Position numbers and translations under genes: made by a program | The notes under the pieces: model-generated | The model's database searches: none | The model's input: the letters and a program-made list of their open reading frames with translations, nothing else | What the model was told of the DNA's origin: nothing | Part shown: positions 1-12,986 of the stretch, one piece after another | How the letters are laid out: each line of letters opens with the position of its first letter | Numbering within the stretch: position 1 is the stretch's first letter | Source of the DNA: Chiloscyllium plagiosum | Lineage: Eukaryota | Assembly (NCBI RefSeq): GCF_004010195.1 | Contig: NC_057718.1 | Location: 67,420,588-67,484,587 of the forward strand | DNA: 64,000 nt | Direction of reading: 5' to 3'

Positions 1-400
1 TCCAGCAACAATGAAGGAAAGGCAATACATTTCCACATCAGGATGGTGAGTGGTTTGGTGGTGTTCCCATCTATCTATCCTTTGAGATGGTAGTGGTCAT
101 AGGTTTGCTAGGTGCTGTCTAAGGATCTTTGGTGAATATATACAAGTGCATTTTGTAGATTGTACACACCGCTGCTACTGAGCATCAGTGGAGGAGTGAG
201 TGGATACAGTATCTACCAAGGTGGCTGCTTTGTCCTGAATGGTGTCAAGCATCTTGACTGTTGTCGGAGTTGCACTCATCCGGGCAAGTGCTGAGTATTT
301 CATCATACTCCTGACTTGTGCCTTGAAGATGGTGGATTCACTTTGAGGAGTCAGGAGGTGAGTTACTTGCCACAGTAATCCTAGCCTCTGACCTGCTCTT

Positions 401-701
401 CATAGAATCCTGTGTGGTAACAGGCCATTCAGCCCAAAGAGTCTACACTGACTTTCTTAAGAGCATCCCAACCCAGACCCAACCCCCTACCCTATTTCTA
501 TAACCCTGAATTTCCCATGGCTAATCCATCTGGCCTGCATATCTTTGGACCGTGGGAGGAAACTGGGAGCCACCTGGAGGAAGCCCACACAGAGACGAGG
601 AGAATGTGCAAACTCACACACACTTTGTTGCCGGAGGGTGGAATTGAACCATGGTCCCTAACTCTGTGAGGTAGTAGTGCTAATCACTGAGCCACCGTGC
701 C
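401..701 (-). mobile_element. HE1-type tRNA-derived SINE
   Basis: Reverse complement has GGCACGGTGGCTCAGTG head, GGTTCAATTCC B box, conserved body and GATTCTATG tail; degenerate TSD cctgctctt/cctgttgtt. Confidence 0.9.
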
Positions 702-1932
702 TGTTGTTGTAGCAGTTATATTTATGTGGTGATCCAGTGAGTTTCTGGTCGATGGTAACCCCCAAGATGTTGATAGTGGGGCATCCAGTGATGGTAACAC
801 CATTGAATGTCAAGAGGCGGTGGTTTGATTGTCTTATTGCAGATGGTCTTAGCCTAATATTTGTGTGATGCAAGTGTCATGCCACTTATCAGCCTCAGCC
901 TGGATATTGTCCAAATCTTGTTACATCCGAGAATGGACTGCTTCAGTGTCAGGAGTTGCGAATGGTGCTGAACATTGTGCAATCATCAGTGAATATCCCC
1001 ACTTATAACCTTATAATGAATGGAAGGTCATCACTGAAGCAGTTAAAAATGGTTGGGCCTAGGACACTACCCTGAGGAACCCTTACAGAGATGTCTTGGA
1101 GCTGGGATAACGGATCCCCACTAATTACAGCCATCTTTCTATGTGCCATTTATGACTCCAAGATGTGAAGAGTTTGCCCCCTGATACCCATCGATTCCAG
1201 TTTTGCTAGGGCTCCTTGATGCCATACTTGGTTGAAAGCAGCCTTTATGTCAAGGGCTGTCACTCTTACCTCACCTCTGGAATTCAGCTCTTTTGATCAT
1301 ATTTGAACCGAGGCTGTAATGAGGTCACGAACTGAGTGGCCCTGGCAGAACCCAAATTGGGCGCCGCTGAGCAAGGTGCTGCTTGATAGCATGGTTGACG
1401 ACACCATCCGTCACTTTACCGAGGATTGAGAATAGCCTGATGGGGCGGTAGTTGACTGGGTTGGAATTGTCCTGCTTTTTGTGTACAGGGCATACTTGGA
1501 CAATTTCCATCGTTGTCAGGTAATCTTCAATACTATTGCTGGAATGTTGTCAGGGTCTATAGACTTTGCAGTATCCAGTGCATCCAAACATTTCTTGATA
1601 TCCTGTGGAGTGAATTGAATTGGCTGAAGAGTAGTATCTGTGATGTTGAGGACCTTTTGGCTGAAGGTTGCTGCGAATGTTTCAGCCTTATCTTTTGCAC
1701 TGGTGTGCTTGGCTCTTCATTGAGGATGGGGTTATTTTTGGTGCCTCCTCCTCCTCCAATGAGTTATTCAATTGTCCATCACCACTCACAACTAAATGTG
1801 GAAGGACAGCAGAACTTTGATCTGATCCATTGATTGCGGGATCACTTAGCTTACAACTTACTACTTATGATGTTTGGCATGCAAGTAGACCTGTTTGGTA
1901 ACTTCACCAGTTTGACACCTAATTTTTAGGTA

Positions 1933-2118
1933 GTTAAAAATCACACAACACCAGGTTATAGTCCAACAGGTTTAATTGGAAGCACACTAGCTCTCAGAGC
2001 GCCACTCCTTCATCCTCCAAAATCTAGTGTGCTTCCAATTAAACCTGTTGGACTATAACCTGGTGTTGTGTGATTTTTAACTTTTTACACCCCAGTCCAA
2101 CACCGACATCTCCAAATC
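1933..2118. mobile_element. Penelope-like terminal fold-back insertion (family B)
   Basis: ~59 bp inverted arms (1932-1990 / 2024-2082); 11 bp TSD atttttaggta at 1922-1932 and 2119-2129. Confidence 0.85.
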
Positions 2119-2884
2119 ATTTTTAGGTATGTCTGGTGCTGCTCCTGGCATGTCCTTCTACATTCTATTGTACCAGAGATGATCTCCTCTCTTGATAATA
2201 TTAGTTGAGTGGGGGCATGCCGGACCATGATGTTGTAGATCATGCTGGAGCACATTTCTGCTGCTGTTGTTAGCCCATAACACATCATGAATGTTCAGTC
2301 CTGAGTTGCTAGATCTGCTTGCCAAATTAGCATAATGATAATGCTACACAACATGGCAAAGATTATTCTCAATGTGAAGCTGGAACGTTGTTTCTACAAA
2401 GACTATGTGGTGTTCGCTCTTACCCATACTATCATAGACAGATGCATCTACAGCAGCTAGCAGGTTAGTAAGAATGAAGTTAAGTGTTTTTTTTCTTCTT
2501 GTTGGCTCCCTCACCATCTGCCGCAGACTCCGTCTTGCAACAGTGTCCTCTAGGACCCGACCAGCTCAATCAATAATCTGCTGCTGAGCCACATTTGATA
2601 GTGGATATTGAAATTTTCCCATCCAAAGTATATTTTTCACCCTTGCCACCCTCAGTGCTTCCTTCAAATGTAGTTCAGCATGAAGGAGTACCAATTCATC
2701 AGCCACGGAGTCATGATACATGGTAGTCAGTAGGAAGTTTCCTTTCGCGTGTTTAACCTGAAGCCTTGAGACTTCATGGGATCCAGAGCCAATGCTGAGG
2801 ACTCCAAGGGCAACAGCTGACTGTGTACTACTGTGCTACCATCTCTGCTGCGTTTGTCCTACTAGTGGGACCAGGCAAGGTGAC

Positions 2885-3215
2885 TAAGTGCTTAGGAATT
2901 CTGCTCCACAGCGCAGGGTCCCGGATTCAATTCCCCTCTCAGGTGACTGTGTGGAGTTTTCACATTCTGCCCGTATCTGTGTGGTTTTCTTCTGGGTGCT
3001 GTGTTTCCTCCCACAGTCCAAAGATGTGCAGGTTAAGTGGGTTGGCCATGTTAAATTGCCTATAGTATCCACAGATGTACAGTGCACATGGATTGGCCTT
3101 TGGAAATGTAAGGTTATCGGGATGGGCTGAGTCTGAGTGGGATCTTCTTCAGAGGATCAGTGTGGACTCGATGGGCCAAATGGCCTGCTTCCACATTATG
3201 GTAATTCTATGATAT
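2885..3215 (+). mobile_element. HE1-type SINE
   Basis: tgtgtggagttttcacattct...gggccaaatggcctgcttccaca...ttctatga body and tail. Confidence 0.85.
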
Positions 3216-3819
3216 TCGTGATGGTGTGTATGGGACATCATTTGTAAGGTATGATTCAGTGAGCATGACTACATCAGACTGTTGCTTGACTAGTCTGTGA
3301 GACAGCTCACATAAGTTTGGCACTAGCTCCCAGATGTTGATAAAGAGGACTTTGCAGAGTCGACAGGGCTGTTTCTGCTGACTGTTGTCTTTTCCGGTGT
3401 CTCAGTCAACAAAAAATGGTCCAGTTTCATTCCTTTGTTGAGACATTTTAGCAATTGATATAACTGAGTGGTTTGCTAGCCATTTCAGAGGGCAGTTGAG
3501 AATCAGCTACATTGCTGTAAGTCTGGAGTACATATAGGTTAGACCAAGTGACGATGGCAGATTTTTTTCTCTGAAGGATATTTGTGCGCCAGATGTGTTT
3601 TTCTGACAATCAACAATTGTTTCATGATTATCAGTAAATTCTTAATCGCAGATTTTAAAAATTGAATTCAAAGTCCACAATCTGCCATGGCAGATTCAAA
3701 TCCAGGTCCTCAAAACATTAGCTGAGTTTCTGGATTTATAGTCTACTAAAAACACAGCTTAACTATCCCCTCCACAGGGTAGGCTACAATAAATCCTGAA
3801 TGCATCACTGACAGCACAT

Positions 3820-4110
3820 CCCCTTCCACAATCTCCAACAACTAAAAGAACAAGGGCAGCATGGGAAGACCACAGCCTACAAGTTCCTCTCTGAGTCACA
3901 TATCATCCCCCCTGATTTGGGCAATCTTCATTTTATTTTTCAGTGCTCAAGCAATCTTTCAGAGATCATGTCCAACAACCTGTGTGACATTCACCATACA
4001 GACTGAAGTGGTTAAATTAGTAGAGTAATCAATACTTTCTCAAGGACAACTTGGGATGACCAATGAGTGTCAATTTTGCCAACCACACCCATATCCTGAA
4101 AATGAAAAAT
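3820..4110 (+). mobile_element. LINE-X 3' end fragment
   Basis: Similar to the 3' end of the LINE-X copy at 50440-50700 (ttctcaagg...gggatg...cccatatcc). Confidence 0.55.
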
Positions 4111-4859
4111 CTCATGTTGCCATTCCTCACTGTACTTGTCAGCATAACCTTTGGCTTGAATGTTATCTTGATAGAAAACAAGCCCTATAAGCAATGAGCT
4201 GAAAACTCATTGACCATATACTTCATGTTGCTTGGACATTACAGATGACAAGATTTATGAGGTGTTTTAATTACATCTCTCAGCTGTCTTCTTCATATTT
4301 TTGTCCTGAATTCAAGTTTATTAGTGTAAGAGCTCTTTGTAATCAGTCCTGAAGTGAACTTATTTGACACTTAATTATATTAGTGGGTCCTTATATAATT
4401 AAACAAGTGAGCTGTTTGTTATGAAGAAATCCTCACACCTTATTTTAGCTTTTAACTGGATCAAAGTAAATAGAATAGTAATTGTAATAAATTGTGGGAT
4501 TGTGACTGAAGTTTGTTATTGCTGAAAGCCACATGGGAGAAGGTCCAAAGGATATATTAAAGCCCTAATAAAAATTAATTCTTCATCATCTTATCTTGGA
4601 TCATCATGGCTGTATTCCCAGGCTGAAATTTGGAAAGATGTTGAGACAAAGCAATTTCAATTCCTCTCTGTGTACTGTTTATTTTTAATAATATTACATC
4701 TGTGTTCCCTTCCTGTTCCAATTCTTACTTCCTTTTGCAGCTCTTGGCAATACTTTTGGGTCAACTTTTCCACTACAAATTCCCATGTCACATTTATGAT
4801 GTAAATATTCAGGGAAAGATAAATCTGCATTGGACACAGTCCAACAAAAGTTCAGCATA

Positions 4860-5290
4860 TTGGTTCCTGTGACGAGAGTTACTCTTACAATGAGAGGTTG
4901 AATAAATTAAACTTATACTCCCTTTTATATCTGAGTGAGAGGTAATTTCATGAGAAGTAAAAGATTCTGATGGATTTGCAGGGCAGACTCTGAGATTATT
5001 TCCACTGGCTGGAAGGGAAGTCTCAGGATCACTGAGGATTGGGATAATAGAATTTCTTCACTCAGAGGACCGTGAATCTTTACAATAGTTTTCCTGTAGG
5101 TTTGTGGATGTTCCATTGTGAGGTACATCAAGGCTAAGATTGAGAGAATTTTCCACTTTCATGTAATCAAGAAATATCAGGAACTGGCAAGAAATAGATT
5201 TGAAGCAGTGGATCAGCCATTATCTTAATAAATGGCAGTGCATGTCAAGGTGCAATTTCATCTAATCCAGCTCCTATTGCTTATGAATTA
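4860..5290 (+). mobile_element. Old CR1 3' fragment
   Basis: Decayed YEERL..L.LYS / FFTQR..NL C-terminal motifs followed by a CR1-type 3' UTR. Confidence 0.65.
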
Positions 5291-5769
5291 CTGATCATGG
5301 GTGCACACGAACTTGCTGTTAAGACAATGTTTCCTTGATAGCTGAAATACAATGTGCAATGAAAAGCTATTGATGACCTTCTGATAATCAACTGCTCCAC
5401 TGAAGCTTTATTTTTAATACAATTAAATATCGCACTTTCTTTTGTTTGATGTACTTCAGATAGTTGAAACATTTGGAGTCCTAATCATAGATCATGAAGA
5501 TCACGGATCTTGTCAACAATGAAAGAGAAAATCATTAGGAGCATGTAAAACAGGAACACAAGGGAAAATATAAAAATATGTGGATTGGGGGGGGATAAGC
5601 CTAGCAAACATGCCAATGCATCGGGAAGCCTATTCCAAGCCAACAACTTCCACATTTAATTGTAACATAGTAAATTGCTCCTGCACAACACCTTCTGGAG
5701 AGTCAGTCAGTTAATTGACATCTCATAAATACTCAATTAGGGTAGCCTGAATACACTGGGACCTTTTTC

Positions 5770-6160
5770 AGTGGAGCATAACAGGTTCAGGAGTGACCTT
5801 ATACAGGTTTACATAATCATGAGGGGCAAAGATAAGGTGAATAGCAAAAGTCTTTTTCCCAGGTTAGGCGAGTCCAAAACTATAGGGCACGTTTTTAAGA
5901 TGAAGAGAAAGATTTAAAAGGGACCTGAGAGGCAACCTTTTTCACAGGTGGTTCAAATGTAGAATAATCTGCCAGAGGAAGTAGTAGATGTACGTGCAGT
6001 TTCAACTTTTAAAAGACATTTGGACAAACATAGGAATAGGAAAGGATTAGAGGGAGATGGGCCAAATGCTGGAAAGTGGGACTAATTTTGTTTCGGAAAC
6101 TTGGTTGGCATGGACGAGTTGGACCAAATGGTCTGTTTCCGTACTGTATGACTTTATGTC
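5770..6160 (+). mobile_element. HER1/CR1 LINE 3' fragment
   Basis: DLIQVYIIMRG..K and FKRDLRGN motifs; 3' tail gtttccgtactgtatgactttatg. Confidence 0.85.
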
Positions 6161-6541
6161 TCCACACTACTAAAGTGTTGCACACAAACATTTCAACTCC
6201 ACTATTCCAACTCCATCCTGACACTGCATGGCAGTTGTATTTTGATCCCAAGGAGCCAGATACTGGCTGGAGGTGGACCTGCTGCCTCCCAAAACAGGTC
6301 CAAGTTAGCAACAGAGGTGAAGAAAAGCCAAGGTGCACAGGTTAAAAGGCCCACTTCCATCACTGGGATATCAACCCAGTTCTGTACCTGTCCAGCCACT
6401 ACCTCTCACCAGAACAACACATCAACGATGCCCCCTTTGTACACGCTAAGCCTCCTCTGTATACCGAATGTCTCCTCTGTGTGACACATACCCCTCCTTC
6501 CTAATATGCCCTCATTTTACTACCTAAGCCTCCACATACAT

Positions 6542-6672
6542 TTTTTATTTAACCTATTTTTCTGATCAACCTGTTCAGAGATGTTAATACCTACCCCTGG
6601 GAAGAACGTGGGACTTGAACCCAGGCCTCCAGATCAGTGGTAGTGACACTACCACTGTGCCACAAAAGAGTC
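6542..6672 (-). mobile_element. Short tRNA-derived SINE
   Basis: Reverse complement: A box TGGCACAGTGGT, B box GGTTCAAGTCC, A-rich tail. Confidence 0.65.
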
Positions 6673-7189
6673 CCTCACCATCCATGTTAGTCACTCAAGA
6701 AAAGAATCCAAACCCTTTCACAGAGCTGGTCAATAATGATCTACAACCCTAAAAGAATGGAACCCTTCAATTAGTCACTGCATTACATCATACTTTAACC
6801 TATATAAAAGTCTCAAACACACAGTACATTGCTTTAAAATACATATTGGTCTGAATCTTATGTCTTTTGGCTAAGTCAGAGTTGCTTCAAGATTTTGGGA
6901 GGATTTTTTGCCACAAAGCCAAATGAGATTTCGCACCATACCTTAACAAACCCACTGCATTAATTATCTGCCAATTCCTCCAAGGTTTGTTTCAAAGGTT
7001 TTTCTCTCTGATTTTAATCCATCTTACCACAGACCATTCCAGGAATAAATTGCCATTCAATGGATACTTATCCAAAGACTGGCATCCCTTGCAACCTCAC
7101 CATCTTCAAAATAATGCAATGCACTAGACTTGCACTGGCATTCCCAAGCTGCCTGCTCTTTCACAGATAGAATCAGAACATCCCATTGG

Positions 7190-8570
7190 TGGTGGGCAAG
7201 TTGTTGAAGGGAATCCTGACAAGATTTACACTTATTTAGAAATGAAAGGACTGATTAGGGATAGTCAAAATGGCTTTTTGCATAGGAAATCGTGTCCCAT
7301 TAACATTTTTGAAGAAGTAAAGAAGAAGATTGATGAAGGCAGAGCAGTGGACATGATCTAAATGGATTTCAATAAAACATTCAATATAGTTCATCATGGT
7401 AGACAGGTTACCAAGGTTAGACCACATGGAATAGAGCGAGAACAAGCCACTTGGATACGAAGGTAGAAGACTGAGGGTAGAAGTGGAGGGTTGCTTTTCA
7501 GACTGGAGGTTGGTGACAAGTGGTATGCCACAAGGATTAATGCTGGGTCCACTGCTTTTTACCATTTATATAAATGATTTGGATGTGAACATAGTTAGTA
7601 AGTTTGCAAATGACACCAAAATTAGAGGTGCAGCGGACAGTGAAGAAGGTTACCTCGGAGTAAAAAAAGGACCTTGATCAGATGGGCCAATGGGCTGAGG
7701 AGTGGCAGATGGAGTTTAATTTACATAAATGTAAAGTGCTGCATTTTGGAAAGGCAGATTATGGCAGGACTTATACACTTAATGGTAACACCCTGGGAAC
7801 TGAACGAAAAGACCTTGGAATGAGGTTCATAGTTCCTTGAAAGTGGAATCCCAGGTAGATAGGATAGTGATGAAGGTGTTTGGTATGAAAGCTGAAAATG
7901 TGTTGCTGGAAAAGCGCAGAAGGTCAGGCAGCATCCAGGGAACAGGAGAATCGACATTTCGGGCATAAGCCCTTCTTCAGGATCTTGGTATGCTTGTTTT
8001 TATGGATCATTGCATTGAGTATAGGAGTTGTGAGGTCATGTTGGGGCTGTTCAGGACACTAGTTAGGACTTTTAGCGTGCAATTCTACTCTCCCTGCTAT
8101 AGGAAGGATGTTGTGAAACTTGAAAGGGTTTGGAAAAGATTTATATGGATGTTGCCAGGGTTAGAAGGTTTGAGCTAAGTGATGAGGTTGAATAGGCTGG
8201 AGCTATTTTCCCTGGAGTGTTGGAGGCTGTATAGAGTTTATAAAATCATGAGAGGTGTGGACAGGGTAAATAGACAAACTATTTTCCCAAGGGTGGGTGA
8301 GTCCTAAACCAGAGATTTGAAAGGGACATATGGGGCAACTTTTTCATGCAGAGGGTGGTGTTCATGAAATGAGGACATGTTGGAGGCTGGTACAATTACA
8401 ACATTTAAAAGGCATCGGGGTGGGTTTATGAATAGGAAGGGTTTTGAAGGATAAGGGCTAAATGCTAGCAAATGGAACTAGATTAATCTAGGATATCTGG
8501 TCAGCATGGATGAGTAGGACTGAAGGATCTGTTTCCATGCTGTACGTGTCTTAAACTCTATGACTCTATG
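7190..8570 (+). mobile_element. HER1/CR1 LINE, 5'-truncated
   Basis: SGMPQGLMLGPLLFTIYINDL...SKFANDTK RT core; actctatg tail. Confidence 0.9.
7888..7984 (-). mobile_element. Penelope-like terminal fragment (family A) with hammerhead-like core
   Basis: 8 bp TSD ttggtatg (7880-7887, 7985-7992); reverse complement CTGAAGAAGGGCTTATGCCCGAAATGTC. Confidence 0.8.
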
Positions 8571-8574
8571 ACAA

Positions 8575-8795
8575 ATAGAGGGAAAATAGTATCATGTTTC
8601 ACCAACAGAGGTTGTGGTGAATGAGGTGGTGTAAAGGAGAAGTGTCCTATTTCCAGAGGATTGGCAGAAGATGCACACCACCAGACCCTGCCAGCTTGGA
8701 TTGAGGTCATTGCCCAGGTCAATGCTATCTCTAGGCTGCACAGCAATGGTCAACAATGAAGCAAGAAGGTCAATGACCTTCTCCACTCCACCAGG
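8575..8795 (+). pseudogene. Myb/SANT-like DNA-binding domain exon of Harbinger ORF2 type
   Basis: FTNR..EVVVNEVV*RRSVLFP...QTLPAWIEVIAQVNAISRLHSNGQQ*SKKVNDL followed by splice donor AGG/GTAAGT at 8795/8796. Confidence 0.75.
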
Positions 8796-9397
8796 GTAAG
8801 TGCTAATTCTACTGCCTCACACTCAATCTATCAGTGCCATTGCACAAACCTACCATGAAGGCTCATGCCTCATCATCTTCCCTGTTACCTGTAACACATT
8901 CTCTCATTTGTTCTTGCCCCACAGCTTCCTACATATTTTATATGTTATGCCCACCTCAGACCTTCAAAACACCTCACCACCTTTCCCACAATGCACCAGC
9001 TTCCTTTCTATGTTTCTGTTCCCTTTTGGGTTTGTCTTAACAATTAGGATCTGGCTCAAAAAACACAAACTTTAAAAACATAAATTCCCTTACCATACTT
9101 GTCATCATTCAAATGAAAAAAACCTCATGCCATTGAAAAACCAAATAAGACTGAAAAGGGAAAGTAATGCCAAAGATTAATAATTACATGCTCCAAATAA
9201 ATGATATAAAGCTTAACATTATCTTTGTGGTACTACAAATCTGATAACTTCCTTTCCCTCACATTTCAACATGGTGTAATTAAGTTGTTTTCATTGGGTG
9301 AAGGAAGCTATTCAGATCCCTACTCCAGCTATCATTCACCTTTATTAAGGTGGCCTTCAAAGTATGTAAACAATTGTTGAGAGCCTGCCGGCATTTA

Positions 9398-11964
9398 CAT
9401 AGAACATAGAACATTACAGCGCAGTACAGGCCCTTCAGCCCTCGATGTTGCGCTGCACTGTCATACTAATCTGAAGCCCATCCTACCTACACTATTCCAT
9501 GTACGTCCATTTGCCTGTCCAATGACAACTTAAATGCACTTAAACTTGGCGAATCTACTACCGATGCAGGCAAAGCATTCCATACCCTTACTACTCTCTG
9601 AGTAAAGAAACTACCTCTGACATCTGTCTTATACCTATCTCCCCTCACTTTAAAGTTGTATCCCCTCGTGTTGCAGTCCCCATACTTGGACAAAGGCTTT
9701 CCATGTCCAACCTATCTCACCCTCTGATTATCTTGCATGTCTGTATTAAGACACCTCCCAACCTTCTTCTCTCCAACGAGAACAGCCTCAAGGCCCTCAG
9801 CCTTTCCTCGTAAGACATTCCTTCCATACAAGGCAACATCCTAGTAAATCCCCCCTGCACCCTTTCCAAAGCTTCCACATCCCTCTTATAATGCAGTGAC
9901 CAGAACTATACACAATACTCCAAGTGTGGCCGTACCAGAGCTTTGTACAGCTGCAGCATAACATCCTGGTTCCGGAACTCAATCCCTCTNNNNNNNNNNN
10001 NNNNNNNNNNNNNNNNNNNNNNNNNNNNNNNNNNNNNNNNNNNNNNNNNNNNNNNNNNNNNNNNNNNNNNNNNNNNNNNNNNNNNNNNNNNNNNNNNNNN
10101 NNNNNNNNNNNNNNNNNNNNNNNNNTATCCCCTCGTGTTTGCCGTCCCCATACTTGGAAAAAGGCTCTCGCTATCCACCCTATCTAACCCTCTGATTATC
10201 TTGTATATCTCTATTAAGTCACCTCTCAACCTTCTTCTCTCTAACAAGAACAGCCTCAAGGCCCTCAACCTTTCCTCGCAAGACATTCCTTCCATACCAG
10301 GCAACATCCTAGTAAATCTCCTCTGCACCCTTTCCAAAGCTTCCACATCCTTCTTATAATGCGGTGACCAGAACTATACACAATACTCCAAGTATGGCCG
10401 TACCAGAGCTTTGAACAGCTGCAGCATAACCCCCTGGTTCCGGAACTCAATCCCTCTATTAATAAAGGCCAAAACATTGTATACCTTCTTAACAACCCTG
10501 TCGATCTGGGTGGCAACTTTCAGGGATCTATGTACATGGACACCGAGATCTCTCTGCTCATCTGCACTCCCAAGAATCCTACCATTAGCCCAGTACTTTG
10601 CATTCCGATTACTCCGGCCAAGGTGTATCACCTCAAACTTGTCCACATTAAACTCCATTTGCCACCTCTCAGCCCAGCTCTGCATCCTATCTATGTCTCT
10701 CTGCAATCTACTACATCCTTCGTCACTATACACAACTCCACTGACCTTAGTGTCGTCCGCAAATTTACTAACCCACCCTTCTAAGCCCTCATCCAGGTCA
10801 TTTATAAAAATGACGAACAGAAGTGGACCCAACACCGACCCTTGCATACGCCGCTAGTAACTGGACACCAAGATGAACATGTTCCATCAACTACAACCCT
10901 CTGTTTTCTTTCAGCAAGCCAATTACTGATCCAAACTGCTATGTCGCCCACAATCCCATTCCTCCACATTTTGTATAATAGCCTACTGTGGGGAACCTTA
11001 TCGAACACATATATGCCACATCAACCAGTTTACTCTCATCTACCTGTTTGGTCACTTTGTCAAAAAACTCGATGAGATTCGTTAGGCACGACCTACCCTT
11101 CACAAACCGTGCTGACTGTCCCTGATCAGATTATTCTTTTTTAGATGGTTATTAATCCTATCTCTTATAACCTTTTCCAACACTTTACCAACAACTGAAG
11201 TGAGACTCACTGGTCTGTAATTACCAGGGTTGTCTCTACTACCCTTTTTGAACAAGGGAACCACATTTGCTATCCTCCAGTCCTGAGGCACTATTCCTGT
11301 AGATAATGATGATTTGAAGATCAATGCCAAAGGCTCGTCAATCTCTTCCCTTGCTTCCCAGGGGATCCTAGGATAAATCCCATCCGGCCCAGGGGACTTG
11401 TCTATTTTCACACTCTGTCGTATTTCTAATACCTCTTCCTTGTGAACCTCAATCTCTTCTAGTCTAGATGCAAGTACCTCTGCATCTTCCTCACCAACAT
11501 TTTCATTATCTATAGTGAACACTGTCAAAAAATATTTATTTAGTGCTTCCCCTATCTCCTCTGACTCCACACACAACTTCCCACTATTATCCTTGATTGG
11601 CCCTAATTTAACTCTCGTCATTCTTTTATTCCTGACATACCTATGGAAAGCCTTAGGGTTAACCCTGATCCTATCCGCCAACAACTTCTCATGTCCCCTC
11701 CTGGCTCTTCTGTGCTCTCTTTTTAGGTCTTTCCTGACTTCCTTGTAACCCTCAAGTGCCCTAACTGAGTTTTCACATTTTGTCCTAACATAAGCCTTCT
11801 GCTTCTTCTTGACCAGGGATTCCACTTCCTTAGTAAACCACGGCTCTGTATCTTCCTCTCTACCTGACAGGTACATATTTATCGAGGACACACAGGAGCT
11901 TTTCCTTGAATAAGCTCTACATTTTTAATGTGCTCATCCCCTGCAGTTTCCTTCCCCATTCTAC
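9398..11964 (-). mobile_element. CR1 LINE (catagaa tail family), 5'-truncated, contains an assembly gap
   Basis: RT ORFs 10374-10847 (QGSVLGP..FADD) and 11100-11891; 6 bp TSD cattta at 9392-9397 and 11965-11970. Confidence 0.95.
9990..10125. other. Assembly gap
   Basis: Run of N. Confidence 1.
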
Positions 11965-12986
11965 CATTTATGTAATCGTCATCGTTGATGATCAATGCAG
12001 GTGGCCATTCTCTCCCTGGAAGAAGAGATCACAGTGTTCTGTAAAATTGAGTCATTCATCCTTGAAGTAGACTCCCTAATCTCTGCAAGCATGGAAAGTG
12101 CACAAGAACTCCTGCCTATACATTACATACTCTATGCTGCAGCTGCTCAATAAACCTTCTCTTCATTGACATCACTCAACATGCGACATATCTGTTATAT
12201 CTAATATGACTGTATCCAGCTGAATAGAGATCTCTGTCCTCCTACATACACACTGCTGCTAACCTTGATTTGACAATTAGCTCTTGTTCACTTGTAAAAT
12301 GAGACCCACCAATGAAAATCTAACTGCCTCTTGAATGTGTCCCCAAGATTGTGTGGATCAGAGCTGGTGCATGATGTTCTATGAGACACTAAAGACATGA
12401 CTGGTACAGTCAAGACATCAAGTCAATGCACCATGTGACTGCCTAATATTTAATCCTATCAACAGGTTGGTGTCAGTCCTCTATATCCCAATCTCTCATG
12501 GCCAAACAAATTAGGTCTTCCCAATCTTCAATGCCTCCTCCTCGTCTGCAGATCCTTATTGAATGTTGGCCAATGGAATGATTTCCCATTCTCGGCCACA
12601 TGAAGAAGAAATCTATGAGTAAGAGTTGTGGAATGCTTTCACCCAATGGATGGAGAACATTTGTTGAGGGTAACAATGAGGGACGCAAAACAGCACATGA
12701 TAGTGAAGAGCAGTGGATAAATGACACAGGAGAGAGTTTGTAGACAGAGGGAGGTAAATTATCATGGGAAGTGATGTGCTGGATTAGGTTTGAGTAGGCA
12801 GAGTTAGGATTTTATGGTGATATAAGCGTTAGAGTTTAAATTATCAGCCATTCCTCCTATTTTTTCTTCCTTCCTGAGCTTATCATATGCTTATTATTAT
12901 TGGAGTCAGAGTCCACACTCCTACTGGTGACTAATAACTTTGAAACATGTCCTCTTTGTGTCAGTTGTGTCAGTTGTGGGTTTATT

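Larger units (their letters stand above)
1..3773 (-). mobile_element. Decayed CR1-group LINE (here 'LINE-X'): APE+RT ORF directly after a tRNA-like 5' head; runs off the window start
   Basis: RT peptide PVHKKQDNSNPVNYRPIRLFSILGKV (1325-1510); C-terminal ITGCPTINILGVTIDQKL (658-873); APE N-terminus KVLFINIWELVPNLCELSHRLVKQQSDVVMLTESYL (~3245-3355); interrupted by three younger insertions. Confidence 0.85.
6848..9000 (+). mobile_element. Harbinger/PIF DNA transposon remnant, interrupted by a CR1 at 7190-8570
   Basis: Contains the Myb/SANT-like exon at 8575-8795; putative terminus ggtctgaatctta at 6848; boundaries approximate. Confidence 0.55.
9020..12851 (-). pseudogene. Decayed unclassified intronless gene A (~420 codons), split by the CR1 at 9398-11964
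   Basis: One minus-strand frame runs from ~12815 across the excised CR1 to ~9225 with stops mostly TGA/TAG (EHHAPALIHTILGTHSRG...WPPALIINDDDYIN|AGRLSTIVYIL); after a frameshift DNVKLYIIYLEHVIINLWHYFPF...FFHLNDDKYGKGIYVFKVC; Kozak-like ggaATGG at 12851. Confidence 0.6.

Noticed and set aside
1933..2118. Palindromic repeats as a CRISPR array or terminators
   Set aside because: No repeat-spacer periodicity and no cas genes; eukaryotic context; explained as TSD-flanked PLE fold-backs.
9659..10457. Apparent tandem duplication of ~330 bp of CR1
   Set aside because: The two copies flank an N gap and a single TSD brackets the whole element; most likely an assembly join involving paralogous sequence.
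11995..12603. Plus-strand frame MQVAILSLEEEITVFCK... as a gene
   Set aside because: The overlapping minus-strand frame is longer, continues further on both sides and has decay-type stops, so this is treated as a shadow frame; the strand needs a homology check.
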